Shown piece by piece: positions 1 to 9,677 of a stretch of DNA of 64,000 nucleotides. The notes under the pieces were generated by a model. It searched no databases, was not told the DNA's origin, and worked only from the letters and a program-made list of their open reading frames with translations. This DNA comes from a virus (taxonomy: Duplodnaviria > Caudoviricetes), in IMG/VR virus record IMGVR_UViG_3300012973_001074, positions 32,001 to 96,000 of that record; one strand, written 5' to 3'. Every line of letters begins with the position of its first letter. The first letter of the stretch is position 1. The translations under genes were made by a program, and so were the position numbers.

Positions 1-126
1 GAGCGTGATCCGGTCGCCGCCCGCCGTGTCGGCAAGATCGTAGTCGAGCGACGTCAGTACCGGCGGCTTCGCAGGTCGTGAGGTCATGCTCGTGGCGACG
101 AGCACGCCGCAGATGGATCCCATCAT
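1..126 (-). CDS. Partial CDS running off the window; probable IPT/TIG-domain tail-associated protein
   Basis: ATG overlaps the stop of the upstream gene (ATGA); translation ...PPVLTSLDYDLADTAGGDRITL resembles the start of an IPT/TIG domain. Confidence 0.45.
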   Translation of the reverse strand, partial: MMGSICGVLVATSMTSRPAKPPVLTSLDYDLADTAGGDRITL

Positions 127-1487
127 GGCGACGAGAGTTGCTCCTGGACGCGGACGGCGATGGTCCAGTTGCGTGGGTCGGCGTCGCCGGCGGCGAGCCG
201 AATCTGAATCGCGTCGCCAGTGACGACGAAGGTCGCTCCGTCGGCTGCGACAGTCTCCTGCTCAGGGGTTTGATAGGCCGGGGGGACGTCGGCGAGCGGA
301 TTCGCAGCCGCGCCCGTCTTTCGATATGTGGCGCTGCCTTTGTACGTGGACGCCTTGGTGACCGCGCCCTGGCGGGCCATCGTGACGACGAAGTCGACGG
401 CTACTGCGGTCTCCGCCACCGCTGTCCAAACGGTTTGATCGACCGGGCCAGCGCTGGAGGTCTGCGTCTCGATCACGAACTCGCGGATGCGGACGCGCGT
501 GCCCGTGTAGCCCGCGCGGACCTGCACGATCTCGCCGCTCGGCTTGCGGTACTTGAGCGTGTAGTCATCCGCGTCGTCGACCCACGGGATGATCCCGCTA
601 GTGGGGTTCGACGTCGGCGGCGTCGATGCCCTGCGCCAGTACATGACGCCGACACCGCCGCCGAAGGTCGAGGCAGCCGCGGCGCCGCTGAGCAGCGCGA
701 CGTTGCCCTGTCCGGTCCCGACGAGGAAGTCGATGCCTCCGGCCTGCAGACGCGTCTTGCCGGCGCTGGTCGTGCCGCTTCCGCTCGTCAGGATGAGGTC
801 GCCGCCGGTGCTGTTCGGCCCCGGCGCGTCCTGGGCCTGCACCGTGAACCACGCACCCGTGACCCCTGCAGCCGGGTTGCTCTCCTGCCTGAAGAGCACG
901 CTCGTCGCGCTGGGCACGACGCTGTAGAGCGACTGGCCCGTTCTGCGAGCTCGGAGCTGGACGCCAACGCCTCCTGCGCCGAAGTACACCGCACCTTCGG
1001 ACCCCTCGGAGCCGCCGCTCCCGGCGTAGAGGTACAGCGACCCGCCGCTGAATCCTGCGCCGGTGCTCTGCGCTTGAATCGTCAGGTGTGAGCCGCTGCG
1101 GCCGGAGGCGCCGGCCTGGCGGATCACCGGGCTGCCGGTAACCGGGAAGGTGAGCGACGTGCCCGGGATGGCCACAGCCCCCTGGTTTGCCGCGAGGACG
1201 GGCGCCCAGGTGTTGTTTGTGTGCGTGCGGAAGTATAGGAGGCCCGTGGTCGTGTCGATCGCAAGCGAGCCCGGAGCCGGCGGCGTTGTGAAGTCGGCGT
1301 CCGTGGGTGGGGCTGCAACGTGCTTTGCGTGCAGGCCGCTCGGAGGTGCTTCATCAACGCTGCGGGTTGCCGCGATGTGCTCCGGCGCGCCCGGTCCGGG
1401 GAACGCCTCTCCGGTCCAGTCGGGCTGCTCGCTCGACCACGAGACCATCTCGCCCGTCGTCGACGAGCGCGCTTGCATCAAGAACAT
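123..1487 (-). CDS. Putative tail fibre / tail-associated protein
   Basis: 454 aa, Gly/Thr/Ala-rich, with internal repeat (LTIQAQS..GGSLYLYAGSG / FTVQAQD..GGDLILTSGSG); downstream of baseplate genes. Confidence 0.6.
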   Translation of the reverse strand: MFLMQARSSTTGEMVSWSSEQPDWTGEAFPGPGAPEHIAATRSVDEAPPSGLHAKHVAAPPTDADFTTPPAPGSLAIDTTTGLLYFRTHTNNTWAPVLAANQGAVAIPGTSLTFPVTGSPVIRQAGASGRSGSHLTIQAQSTGAGFSGGSLYLYAGSGGSEGSEGAVYFGAGGVGVQLRARRTGQSLYSVVPSATSVLFRQESNPAAGVTGAWFTVQAQDAPGPNSTGGDLILTSGSGTTSAGKTRLQAGGIDFLVGTGQGNVALLSGAAAASTFGGGVGVMYWRRASTPPTSNPTSGIIPWVDDADDYTLKYRKPSGEIVQVRAGYTGTRVRIREFVIETQTSSAGPVDQTVWTAVAETAVAVDFVVTMARQGAVTKASTYKGSATYRKTGAAANPLADVPPAYQTPEQETVAADGATFVVTGDAIQIRLAAGDADPRNWTIAVRVQEQLSSP

Positions 1488-1494
1488 GCAGACC

Positions 1495-1875
1495 TCACGA
1501 CTGGAGCTGGACAGCCTTCAGGGAGGCGAAGCCGCTCGGGCCGATGACCTCGGCCTGGAACTGGTAGAGGTGGCCACCGCGCAGGTCGAAGACGCCGGAG
1601 AGCGCGCGCGTGTCGACCATCGCGCTCAGTGTCGCCACCGAGCCTTCGACTGGGGCACACAGGGTGAGGTCGAACACGCGGACGTGGAGCTCGACGCCCG
1701 GCTCCGTGACCGAGCCGATGATCTCGACTGCCCCGCGTTCGGTCGCGGGAACATAGAAGGCGCCGACCACGTACCAGGCCGGACCCTGCGGGACTGTGTT
1801 GATCGACTGGATCGGCGCTGCGTAGCCGCTGACGATCTCAACGGTCTTGTCGTTCGTGAGCGCGATCGTTCTCAT
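1495..1875 (-). CDS. Hypothetical tail-region protein (126 aa, MRTIALTNDK...)
   Basis: Start re-assigned to ATG 1875, which overlaps the previous stop (ATGA); beta-rich sequence. Confidence 0.6.
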   Translation of the reverse strand: MRTIALTNDKTVEIVSGYAAPIQSINTVPQGPAWYVVGAFYVPATERGAVEIIGSVTEPGVELHVRVFDLTLCAPVEGSVATLSAMVDTRALSGVFDLRGGHLYQFQAEVIGPSGFASLKAVQLQS

Positions 1876-2495
1876 TGTGGCTGGCCTCGCATCGTGACGA
1901 CGTCGCTCACGAGTCCGCCGTCGCTCGTGGCGGTGACGTCGCCGACGCCGTTCCTGGCGGGGGCGGAAAGGTCCTTGCGGGCGTCGCCCCATCGAAACTG
2001 CCGGTCGGACCTCGTCGTCGGAGCGAGCATCCGCAGCCCCATGCCGCCGGCCTTGGTATCGCGGAGCATCCCGAGCAGGAGCACGGGATCGTGTTCGGTC
2101 GGCTCCTGGAACTCGATGAGCATCACCGCGGGGCTGCGCTCGTCGAAGTGGGTCGGCGTTCCGCCGGCGATGATGGCGAGGACCGCGAGGACGTCTTGCG
2201 CGCCGCCTTTCGATCGATTGATGCGGATGCGTGCGGCGATGAAGAGGCGGTAGACGTCGTCGCCGCGGCTTCGGCGAGGCTCGCCGACGATGCGCCCGAT
2301 GACATCGAGCAGCACACCCTCGGCGTTGTCGAGCAGGCGCTTGACCCGAACGTCGAACGCGGCGTCCTCGAGCACCTGCACCTGGCGGAGGTAGCTCCGA
2401 ACCCACGCCTCGATGCGCGGCTTTCGCTTGTACTGGTCGAGCAAGAGCGCGAGGCCTTGCTCGACGTGGTCGGTGACGCGAGTGAGGTCGCTCAC
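1872..2495 (-). CDS. Baseplate wedge protein (DUF2612-like)
   Basis: LDNAEGVLLDVIGRIVG..R...DDVYRLFIAARI motif; follows baseplate J. Confidence 0.75.
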   Translation of the reverse strand: MSDLTRVTDHVEQGLALLLDQYKRKPRIEAWVRSYLRQVQVLEDAAFDVRVKRLLDNAEGVLLDVIGRIVGEPRRSRGDDVYRLFIAARIRINRSKGGAQDVLAVLAIIAGGTPTHFDERSPAVMLIEFQEPTEHDPVLLLGMLRDTKAGGMGLRMLAPTTRSDRQFRWGDARKDLSAPARNGVGDVTATSDGGLVSDVVTMRGQPQ

Positions 2496-3694
2496 GAGTT
2501 CACCTTGATTCGGTCGGTCGAGAAGCGCGCGATCTGCCGGAGGCTGATCGGGAAGTTCTCGGTTGCGACCGGATTTGCGGCGAGACCGATTCGCACGGCC
2601 CGCACGTCCTTCACACCCTGGAGCGCGAGCGGGAACGAGCGAAGGAACTGGACGATGACGTCCTCGCCGGGCCCGAACTTCGCATTCGCCTGACTGGCGA
2701 CGTGCTTCGCGACCTCGGCGTCGCCGACGTACCCGGCCTTCGGGGTGACGTCGATCTCTAGCCAGAGACGCAGGACTTCGGCGCGCGTGAATCGGACCTC
2801 GAAGTCCGTCACGGTGCCATCGGGAAGCGTGCCCTTCGCGATGCCGTGCTCGTTACCGTAGGTGCCCGCGCCGCCGGCCTTCGAGTCGAAGATGACTTGT
2901 GCCAGCGCGTCGTCATCGATGGACGGGGTTTCGCCGTCAAAGATGAGGACCTCGAGCGTGTGCGGTGGCAGGCCGTTCTCGTCGGTCTCGTCCTTGTCGT
3001 TCTCGAAGACGTTGAGGCTGAGGAGCTCTTCGGGAAACGCCTGCGCGACGTTCGCAGCGATGGACGGCACGGTGGCCGAGCCCGACGTCGCAAGTTCGCG
3101 CTCGCGGCGCAGGCGCAGCTCGGTGTCCGTGTCGATCTCCTTTCCGAGCTCGGCATCCTCCGGGTTGACCGTCGTGTGCCAGCCGACCACCGGGGTCGCG
3201 ATGACGTTGATCGTCCCGGCGAAGCCCTCGATCGGGCCGTACTGCTCGGAAACGAAGGTGATCACATGCGCGCCGTCAGACGGTGCTGTGAAGTCGGCCT
3301 TCGGAGTCCAGCGGACGTCGGGCCGGTCCTCGATAGCCGCGTAGTGTTCGTCAGCGAGCAGCACGGTCCCGGCGTCGAGCGTGACGGACTGCTTCACCTC
3401 GCTTCGCGTGCTGCCGCGTCTGCGCGTGCCAGTGATCTTGCTGACGTTCTCGAGCGAGCGCCCTTCGGCGGCGTCGGGATCGTAGGCGTTGTAGCACCCC
3501 TCGACGGCCTCCCACGCGATGCCAAGCTGGCGGCCGACGATGCCATTGATCTGGCCGGCGAGCTGGTCAGGGGCGGTATCGAAGTCGTCCCCGATGTCTG
3601 CCTTCTGGTCGGCCTCGAAGGCAGCAACGAGGTCTGCCTCGGTCATGCGGACGAAGCCTTGCGCGGTGACACCGAAAGCGCGCGGTGTGGCCAT
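2492..3694 (-). CDS. Baseplate J/gp47-like protein
   Basis: Start MATPRAFG (3694); YDPDAAEGRSLE, DTDTELRLRR and NGLPPHTLEV motifs. Confidence 0.85.
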   Translation of the reverse strand: MATPRAFGVTAQGFVRMTEADLVAAFEADQKADIGDDFDTAPDQLAGQINGIVGRQLGIAWEAVEGCYNAYDPDAAEGRSLENVSKITGTRRRGSTRSEVKQSVTLDAGTVLLADEHYAAIEDRPDVRWTPKADFTAPSDGAHVITFVSEQYGPIEGFAGTINVIATPVVGWHTTVNPEDAELGKEIDTDTELRLRRERELATSGSATVPSIAANVAQAFPEELLSLNVFENDKDETDENGLPPHTLEVLIFDGETPSIDDDALAQVIFDSKAGGAGTYGNEHGIAKGTLPDGTVTDFEVRFTRAEVLRLWLEIDVTPKAGYVGDAEVAKHVASQANAKFGPGEDVIVQFLRSFPLALQGVKDVRAVRIGLAANPVATENFPISLRQIARFSTDRIKVNS

Positions 3695-4098
3695 CAGGCA
3701 GCCCTCATGTACGGGATGACGAACGCGGGGTCCGGCTGGTGGACGATGAGCACGCCGCCTTCGACCAGGCGCGCCTCGAATTCGACCGCGAGGGTGCGCG
3801 CGCGCGCGTCGTTTGCGAGCACGAGGCGGGTGATCGAGGCGACCTCCTGCACGGAGAGGATGGTCCTTCGCAGGAGGGTCCGTGCGACGTCGAGGTCCGC
3901 GTTCTTGACGAGGATGTTGCGGTAGTAGGGCACGCCGAGGCGCAAGTCGCGGAACCACTCGCCGAGGAAGAACTTCAGGCGCGAGGCGATCTTCTGCCGG
4001 ACGTAGGCGACGCCGACCGAAGTCACGAGTCGTCGCGGCTCTCCTCGGCCTCCGGAGAGCGCGAGGTCTCCGGCGGGGATGACGCGGTAGAGGGGCAT
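3694..4098 (-). CDS. Baseplate wedge subunit / sheath initiator (gp25/gp46-like)
   Basis: Start MPLYRVIPAGDL (4098); RQKIASRLKFFLGEWFRDLRLGVPY motif. Confidence 0.8.
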   Translation of the reverse strand: MPLYRVIPAGDLALSGGRGEPRRLVTSVGVAYVRQKIASRLKFFLGEWFRDLRLGVPYYRNILVKNADLDVARTLLRRTILSVQEVASITRLVLANDARARTLAVEFEARLVEGGVLIVHQPDPAFVIPYMRAA

Positions 4099-4108
4099 CG
4101 TCGCCTCG

Positions 4109-4603
4109 CTACGTGAGGGGGAGGATCGTGTTCGGGGGCGGGGCGACAGTCGCCTTGATGCCGCTCGGCGCTGCTGTCGCCGCGTGGAGCGCTGCGGCCA
4201 TGCCGGCGGCGCACGTCTCAGTGCTGTTCGCGAGGTTCCCGAAGACGGTCGCGAGAGGGCCCGAGAGGGAGCTCGCGCTCGTGACGTCGGTGATCGATCC
4301 GCTCTGCGTGACGCCGACGACCGCGACGCCGGTCCAATAGGCTGCGACGCCGCTCGCCCAGGCGGCGGCGAGCTTCCCCGGTAGGCCGAGGTGGGGGTCG
4401 GCGATCGCGGCGCCCAGCGTCGTCGCGAGCGCGTCGCGCTTCGCATCCGGGAGCGTCGGGACGCCCTCGGCCCCGACGCGGCCGGCCTTCGCGTAGTCGT
4501 GGTACGCGTTCGCCATTGCGGTAGCGGCTGCAGCCGGCGTTGACTGCGCGGTGTCGAGGACCTTCTTGAGCGCGTTCTTCAGGTCAGTCTGGGAGAGGGC
4601 CAA
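4109..4603 (-). CDS. Hypothetical baseplate-region protein (Ala-rich)
   Basis: TTG start just after the spike gene stop; ALSQTDLKNALK... 164 aa. Confidence 0.6.
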   Translation of the reverse strand: MALSQTDLKNALKKVLDTAQSTPAAAATAMANAYHDYAKAGRVGAEGVPTLPDAKRDALATTLGAAIADPHLGLPGKLAAAWASGVAAYWTGVAVVGVTQSGSITDVTSASSLSGPLATVFGNLANSTETCAAGMAAALHAATAAPSGIKATVAPPPNTILPLT

Positions 4604-4607
4604 TCGG

Positions 4608-5240
4608 CTACTCCGCCTTGAGCTTCTTCGCCTGTGTGCTGCCGCCCAGCCACTGCTCGATGGGCGAGGTCGTCGGGCCAACCCCGGAGCCGTGTCGATG
4701 CAGCTTGAAGAGCTCGATGAAGGCGTCGACGACGGGCCCGAGTGCAACGGGCACGGAAACGGTTTTCGAGCCGATGCGGTAGACGCCTCCGCCGAGGACG
4801 GCCTCAGTCGGATCCATCCCCGGTAGAGGAGGATCGAGAAGCGGCGAGGTCTGCGGCGCGATCCCAGCGATGGCGACCGCGTGTGATAGGTGGTGTCTCC
4901 GCAGGTCACCGGGTTCGCTCTCGCTGCCGGTCTCGCGCCACATCGCGGGCGAGTCGTGCGTGAACAGCAAGAGCACGTGGTCGCCGGGCCTGAGCGGCAG
5001 GTGAATGAAGAAGCCGCCCGCGCGCGGCCAGAGGACGGGCACGTCGGGCAGGACCGGAAACGACTCGTGGACGGTCTTGCCGGCGACCTTCACGGGGCGC
5101 TGGACGACGGGCTGCACCTCGCAGGTTTGCGTGACCGGATCGTAGGTCTGGACCCGGCCGACGGTCGCAACCATGACCTCATCGAGCTGGGCCTTGATCG
5201 CGTCGCGGATGACTTCGGCAAGGCTCGGCGTTCCGGGCAT
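4608..5240 (-). CDS. Baseplate spike / membrane-puncturing protein (Gp138-like)
   Basis: GRVQTYDP..C.VQP, LPDVPVLWPRAGGF..LPLRPGD.VLLLF, R.HHLSHAVAI and C-terminal HRH metal motif. Confidence 0.8.
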   Translation of the reverse strand: MPGTPSLAEVIRDAIKAQLDEVMVATVGRVQTYDPVTQTCEVQPVVQRPVKVAGKTVHESFPVLPDVPVLWPRAGGFFIHLPLRPGDHVLLLFTHDSPAMWRETGSESEPGDLRRHHLSHAVAIAGIAPQTSPLLDPPLPGMDPTEAVLGGGVYRIGSKTVSVPVALGPVVDAFIELFKLHRHGSGVGPTTSPIEQWLGGSTQAKKLKAE

Positions 5241-6164
5241 TCACAACCTCGACGCTTCGATTTCGACGCTCCACGAGTCGCCGGCGCTGTCGGCCTCCCA
5301 GGTGATCCTCTCGGCCCTGTAGTTGCCCTTGATGCGATCGGCATCGACGACGAGCAAGCGGCCTGGCCGGATGCCGGGTTGCATGAGCATCTTGACGGTG
5401 AGGATCCCGTCGATGTCGACGGTTGGGGACTCGAGCATCCCCGTTTCCGAGGAGACCAGGATTGCGCTTTCGGCGAGCGCCTTGCCTGCGTCGATGATTT
5501 GCAGTGTGCCGTCCTGAATCGAGAACTCGATGTCGGCCGAGCGGGCGAAGTCGCGGAGCTCGCGCTGCACGGGTCCGGAGAAGACGGTGCCGCGGGGAAA
5601 GAGCTTCCCCATGCCCCCGACCTTGAGCTTGTGGACGATCTGCTCGAGGTTTCCTTGGCCGATCCCGAGCGCGCGCACCATCGCGCGTAGAGCCGTGTCT
5701 ACGGGCGTCTTCGGCCCGAAGCTCACGTTCATGCGGGCGTTCTGCCAGGCCTTCTCCCCGTCGCCGGACTCGAGGACCGTGACCCAGTGGGGGCCGTCGC
5801 GGAGCGAGTGGGCCGAGCGGAGATCGCCGAGCCAGAGCAGCGACAGGTCGCCCTCGTCCTCGTAGCCGGCCTCGATGCGGACCGGAATGCCCTTCGTTGC
5901 CTGCTGCCGCACGGCGGTCTTTGCCTTGGCGGCGGCAAGCGCACTGACCGTGCCGACCGTCGGGTTCAGCTCCTCGATCTGTGCGCGCTGCGTCTCGTTC
6001 AGGTTCCAGACGTGGAGCTCGCACGTGTTGGGCTCGTCCTTGAGGCTCTTCTCGATCTTGAAGGCGACGTCGAGCTCCGTGATCTCGATGGTGTTGACCG
6101 TCACGCGCCAGCGCCGCACGAACGACGGCGGGCGAGCGGCGAGACCGAAGGAGCTGGGAAGCAT
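5241..6164 (-). CDS. Baseplate hub protein
   Basis: FKIEKSL..EPNTCELHVWNLN, IEAGY, FSIQDG.LQI, TGMLESP motifs; synteny. Confidence 0.75.
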   Translation of the reverse strand: MLPSSFGLAARPPSFVRRWRVTVNTIEITELDVAFKIEKSLKDEPNTCELHVWNLNETQRAQIEELNPTVGTVSALAAAKAKTAVRQQATKGIPVRIEAGYEDEGDLSLLWLGDLRSAHSLRDGPHWVTVLESGDGEKAWQNARMNVSFGPKTPVDTALRAMVRALGIGQGNLEQIVHKLKVGGMGKLFPRGTVFSGPVQRELRDFARSADIEFSIQDGTLQIIDAGKALAESAILVSSETGMLESPTVDIDGILTVKMLMQPGIRPGRLLVVDADRIKGNYRAERITWEADSAGDSWSVEIEASRL

Positions 6165-6167
6165 CGC

Positions 6168-6536
6168 TTAGAGGTCGGTGACGGGGAAGTACGTGAGCTC
6201 GCAGCGCTTGCCGATCGCGAGCTCGTTCAGACGCGGAGGCGAGCGATCGCCCGACAGGTCGATCGCCATGAGCTCGCCCGGCGGCAGTCGCTTGTCCCAG
6301 CGGTGGAAGCGGAGGAGCGGCCAGTTCGCGACGATCTTGATGCCGACAGCGATCGGCTCCTCCGCCGTCGACAGGATGTCGAAGTACCAGCGGTCTTGCC
6401 GCTGGTTCCAGATGAAGCGAAGGATGAAGTCGCGCCCGTCGAGCCTCGTCCGCATGACGTAGTGCGGGTTGCCCACGACCGTCGGCAGGACCTTCGACGT
6501 CGGCAGAGCAGCGATCACGTCGTCGATCGTTGCCAT
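6168..6536 (-). CDS. Baseplate plug-like protein
   Basis: LDGRDFILRFIWNQRQDRWYFDI motif; located between Dit-like and hub genes. Confidence 0.7.
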   Translation of the reverse strand: MATIDDVIAALPTSKVLPTVVGNPHYVMRTRLDGRDFILRFIWNQRQDRWYFDILSTAEEPIAVGIKIVANWPLLRFHRWDKRLPPGELMAIDLSGDRSPPRLNELAIGKRCELTYFPVTDL

Positions 6537-6548
6537 TCGTAGCTCCGC

Positions 6549-7307
6549 TTACTTCTTGAGGAAGCCGGGGACGGGGAGGCCCAAGTCATCGCCGGCATCG
6601 ACGCCTTGCACGATGATGCTCTTCAGCTCGTTCTTCTTCTTGTCGTCGTTCTTCGCGTTCTGCGCGGCCTTGCTCCCCGAGTTCGTGAGGCCTTCGCCGC
6701 GCTTTTCGGCCGAGACCGGCGCCTCGACGGTGGCGCTCTTGACGATGCGCACCTGCAAGACGTCGACTTGGAACGACGCTCCGTTGCCGTCTTCCGTCGT
6801 GCGCGGGACGCTGAGCCGCTCGATGAGGCAGTTTTCGAGGTCGGCGAGGGCGGTCGAGACGGTGACGAGGGCTCGTGCCTGCTGCGCCGCGTAGAGCAGC
6901 TCCCACATCTCACGTGCGCGAGCGGGAACGTCGCCCGTCGGTGCGAGGACCATCGCCTGGTTCTGCGGCTTCTTGAGCAGGCCCTCGACGAAGCCGACTG
7001 CGGCGCGCGTGAGCCCTCCGGGCGTCGGCGCGAGAGGCGAGGGCTGCTTCGGGATGGCGAGCTCGATGGGGCGGAACTCGGCGAACTTTTCGACGCCGGG
7101 GTTCGACCAAAGCGGTTTGTTCGAGACGTAGCCCTCGATGGTGATCCGCTGATTCTCGGGGCGGGCGTGGTCGGTGATGTTCGCTCCCTCCTCGACCGGA
7201 TGCGAGGTGATGGTCATGACCGATTCGTGCGTTTCGGTCGTGACGACGTCGAAGCGCGCTGCGAGCGTCTCGCCGCTTTTCTTGTCAGTCCAGGAGAGGA
7301 TCAGCAC
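6549..7307 (-). CDS. Dit-like tail/baseplate protein
   Basis: FDVVTTETH...ITSHPVEEGANITDHARP motif; directly after tape measure. Confidence 0.8.
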   Translation of the reverse strand: MLILSWTDKKSGETLAARFDVVTTETHESVMTITSHPVEEGANITDHARPENQRITIEGYVSNKPLWSNPGVEKFAEFRPIELAIPKQPSPLAPTPGGLTRAAVGFVEGLLKKPQNQAMVLAPTGDVPARAREMWELLYAAQQARALVTVSTALADLENCLIERLSVPRTTEDGNGASFQVDVLQVRIVKSATVEAPVSAEKRGEGLTNSGSKAAQNAKNDDKKKNELKSIIVQGVDAGDDLGLPVPGFLKK

Positions 7308-9007
7308 TACGCCCCCCCGGGCTTGAGGGCAGCGTGGGTCGCCTTCATGTTGATCGTCGCGCCCTTGCTTGCGCCGTTCGCGGCAGCGGTCGCGACGCGG
7401 TTCGCGACTTCGGCGGGCGTTCCAGGCGGAACGGTGACGTTGACCTCGGTGTTGATGTTCACTGGCGACGGCGCGCCCTTGATGACGCGTCCGGCTGCCA
7501 CCATCTCCTCACGGACCTGCGCGAGCTCGGCCTTGCCCGCGGCATCGACTCGCTCGAACGCGTCGGCGGCTCCCTTGTGGCTCTCGAGCCCTCCGATGAG
7601 CTCGTCGATGTCCTTCTGGAGGCCGGTGCGCTTCGTGAGCCCCGCGACCTTGCTCATCAGGCGGAGCGGAGCCTGCGTGCCGGCGACTATGCCGTTCCAG
7701 AGCTGCGTGAACGCGTCTTGGACGCTGGCGATGACGAGGAGCCAGCCGTTCTTGAACGCAACCCACTGGACGCGCAGCAGACCGAGCAGGACCTCGCCGC
7801 TTGCAGATACCTTGTCCTTGAAGTTCGCCCAGCCTCCCGTCATCAGGTCCATCACGAAGGCCCACGTCTTGCCGATCGCGATGATGTAGCCGCCGATGTA
7901 CTTCCCGAACGCGGCCTGGATGTCCTTCTTGAGCTCGCTCGTGAAGACGCGCCAGTCGTCGAGAAGCTTCTCGGGACGCTTGCGGATGTCCTCGATGAAG
8001 CGCGTGAACTCGGCCCAGACGTAGAGGACCCACGCGCGAACCTTTTCGGCGGTGCCCTTGCCGAAGACGTTCTCGAGCATCCGCCCGAACGCCGAGTCGC
8101 CGCCGGCGAGGAAGACGAGCAGGTCTTCGAGGATCAGTAGCGGCAGGATGACCTTGAAGAACTGCCCCGAGAGCGTCTTCAGCGCCTTGCCGAGGGGACC
8201 AATCTTGCCGGCGAGAAGGACGATCCCCCTGAGGGCGAGGCCGATGGCGGCGGCCTCAAAGAGCTTCGTGTTCCGAACCACCTTGACGACGACCTGGACC
8301 AAGGTGACGGCACGCTTGGAGAGCTCCAGCAGCGTCGGCAGCACTCGCGACAGGATCGTGATCGCGAGGTTCTTCCAGAGCGTTTTGACGCGCGTGAGGT
8401 TGTCGTTGTACTCCTCCGCGCTCTTTCCGAAGTCCTCGGTGAAGCCGCCGCCGAACGCCTCGAACTCTTCGCGCGTCTTGCGCAGGCCTTCAGCGCCGCC
8501 CTCGAGCAGCGGCATAAGCTGCGCGTAGTTTCGCCCAAGGAGCCGCATGGCGAGCCGGTTCCGCTCGGCGGGGTCCGTGGTCTTCGATAGCTGATCGGCG
8601 ACGTCGTCGAGAATGTCGGTCGCGCCGCGCATCCCGCCGGCAGCGTCCTTCACGGACACGCCGAGCTCCTTCATGGCCTTCGGGTCGTAACGGCCGCTGC
8701 TGAGGCGCGAGAGCGTGGAGGCGAGAGCTTGGGAACTGACGCCGGCGAGCGAGGCTGCGTAGTTCCACTGCTGCAACTCGGCCATGCTCACGCCGAGCAG
8801 GCGCGACTGCTTGGCGAGGGCATCGGCCTCCTCGATGAGACCGTCGGTGAACTTGTAGATGGCGCCGAGGCTGAGGCCGACTCCGAGCGCGCCGGCGAAG
8901 GCCTTGAGCTTGCCGATGAAGCCTTCCACCGCGCCCGCGCCCGCCTTCAGCGGCTTGTCGTCGAAAGTGACGCCGAAGTGGGCGAGGATCTCGCGGAGAG
9001 CAGCCAT
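7307..9007 (-). CDS. Tail tape measure protein
   Basis: 566 aa helical, Ala/Leu-rich with hydrophobic stretches; follows the chaperones. Confidence 0.85.
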   Translation of the reverse strand: MAALREILAHFGVTFDDKPLKAGAGAVEGFIGKLKAFAGALGVGLSLGAIYKFTDGLIEEADALAKQSRLLGVSMAELQQWNYAASLAGVSSQALASTLSRLSSGRYDPKAMKELGVSVKDAAGGMRGATDILDDVADQLSKTTDPAERNRLAMRLLGRNYAQLMPLLEGGAEGLRKTREEFEAFGGGFTEDFGKSAEEYNDNLTRVKTLWKNLAITILSRVLPTLLELSKRAVTLVQVVVKVVRNTKLFEAAAIGLALRGIVLLAGKIGPLGKALKTLSGQFFKVILPLLILEDLLVFLAGGDSAFGRMLENVFGKGTAEKVRAWVLYVWAEFTRFIEDIRKRPEKLLDDWRVFTSELKKDIQAAFGKYIGGYIIAIGKTWAFVMDLMTGGWANFKDKVSASGEVLLGLLRVQWVAFKNGWLLVIASVQDAFTQLWNGIVAGTQAPLRLMSKVAGLTKRTGLQKDIDELIGGLESHKGAADAFERVDAAGKAELAQVREEMVAAGRVIKGAPSPVNINTEVNVTVPPGTPAEVANRVATAAANGASKGATINMKATHAALKPGGA

Positions 9008-9009
9008 GG

Positions 9010-9276
9010 CTACCTCGTGGGCGCGTTCAGCTCGGCGTCGCGCTCAGCCCGCTCGTAGGCCTTCGCCTCGACGTCATCCCAGACGTCGAGAGCCATGTTG
9101 GCGTCGAGCAGGTCATCGAGCGACCAGTCGTCGAGTTCGACGAGGGACTTTACTGGGGCGCGCTCGTGAGTGAGGACGCGCCAGACGAACCAGTCGAGGC
9201 CTGGGGGGATGGTCGCTTGGACGCCGCCTTTTGCACGCGGGCGATCATTTGTCCAAGCGACATATCGCCTAAAAAA
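9010..9276 (-). CDS. Tail assembly chaperone, -1 frameshift extension (GT product)
   Basis: -1 frame after T TTT TTA reads FFRRYVAW...WSLDDLLDANMALD; no independent start needed. Confidence 0.75.
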   Translation of the reverse strand, partial: FFRRYVAWTNDRPRAKGGVQATIPPGLDWFVWRVLTHERAPVKSLVELDDWSLDDLLDANMALDVWDDVEAKAYERAERDAELNAPTR

Positions 9277-9668
9277 CTGCCGAAGTTGTAGAGCACGCAC
9301 TCGGCGAGCCAGTGAGACATCTGCACGTAGCGACGCGCGAAGTGCTGGTCGAAGACGACGCCAGTGAGCTGCGGCCACTTCTCGCCGCCCTCTGGCTGCG
9401 GAACGCGGACGATGGTGTGCTTGCCGAAGACCTCGTAGAGCTGCTCGGCGGTGTCATCGTCGAGGCCTTCGAGCACCGCTGCGAGCGCTCCGACGAGCGC
9501 CTTTTCGTCGTACGCGTCGGCTGCCGCGAGCTCCTTCAGCGGTGCGACGAGCGCTTGCCAGAGCTTCAGCCAGATCTTGCGCCCTTCTCGGGCGCCGAGC
9601 TGCTGCAGCTTGTAGTCGTGGCCGTCGATCGTGACGTCCTTCTCGATGAGCGAGGTGGTCGCGTCCAT
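9150..9668 (-). CDS. Tail assembly chaperone (G)
   Basis: Between tube and tape measure; DVTIDGHDYKLQQL start; contains slippery heptamer. Confidence 0.8.
   Translation of the reverse strand: MDATTSLIEKDVTIDGHDYKLQQLGAREGRKIWLKLWQALVAPLKELAAADAYDEKALVGALAAVLEGLDDDTAEQLYEVFGKHTIVRVPQPEGGEKWPQLTGVVFDQHFARRYVQMSHWLAECVLYNFGSFLGDMSLGQMIARVQKAASKRPSPQASTGSSGASSLTSAPQ
9270..9276 (-). promoter_or_regulatory. Programmed -1 ribosomal frameshift site (U UUU UUA)
   Basis: Minus strand AGT TTT TTA GGC; an AT run in ~70% GC DNA, in X XXY YYZ phase, joining two overlapping ORFs. Confidence 0.85.
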
Positions 9669-9677
9669 GGATCTCCC

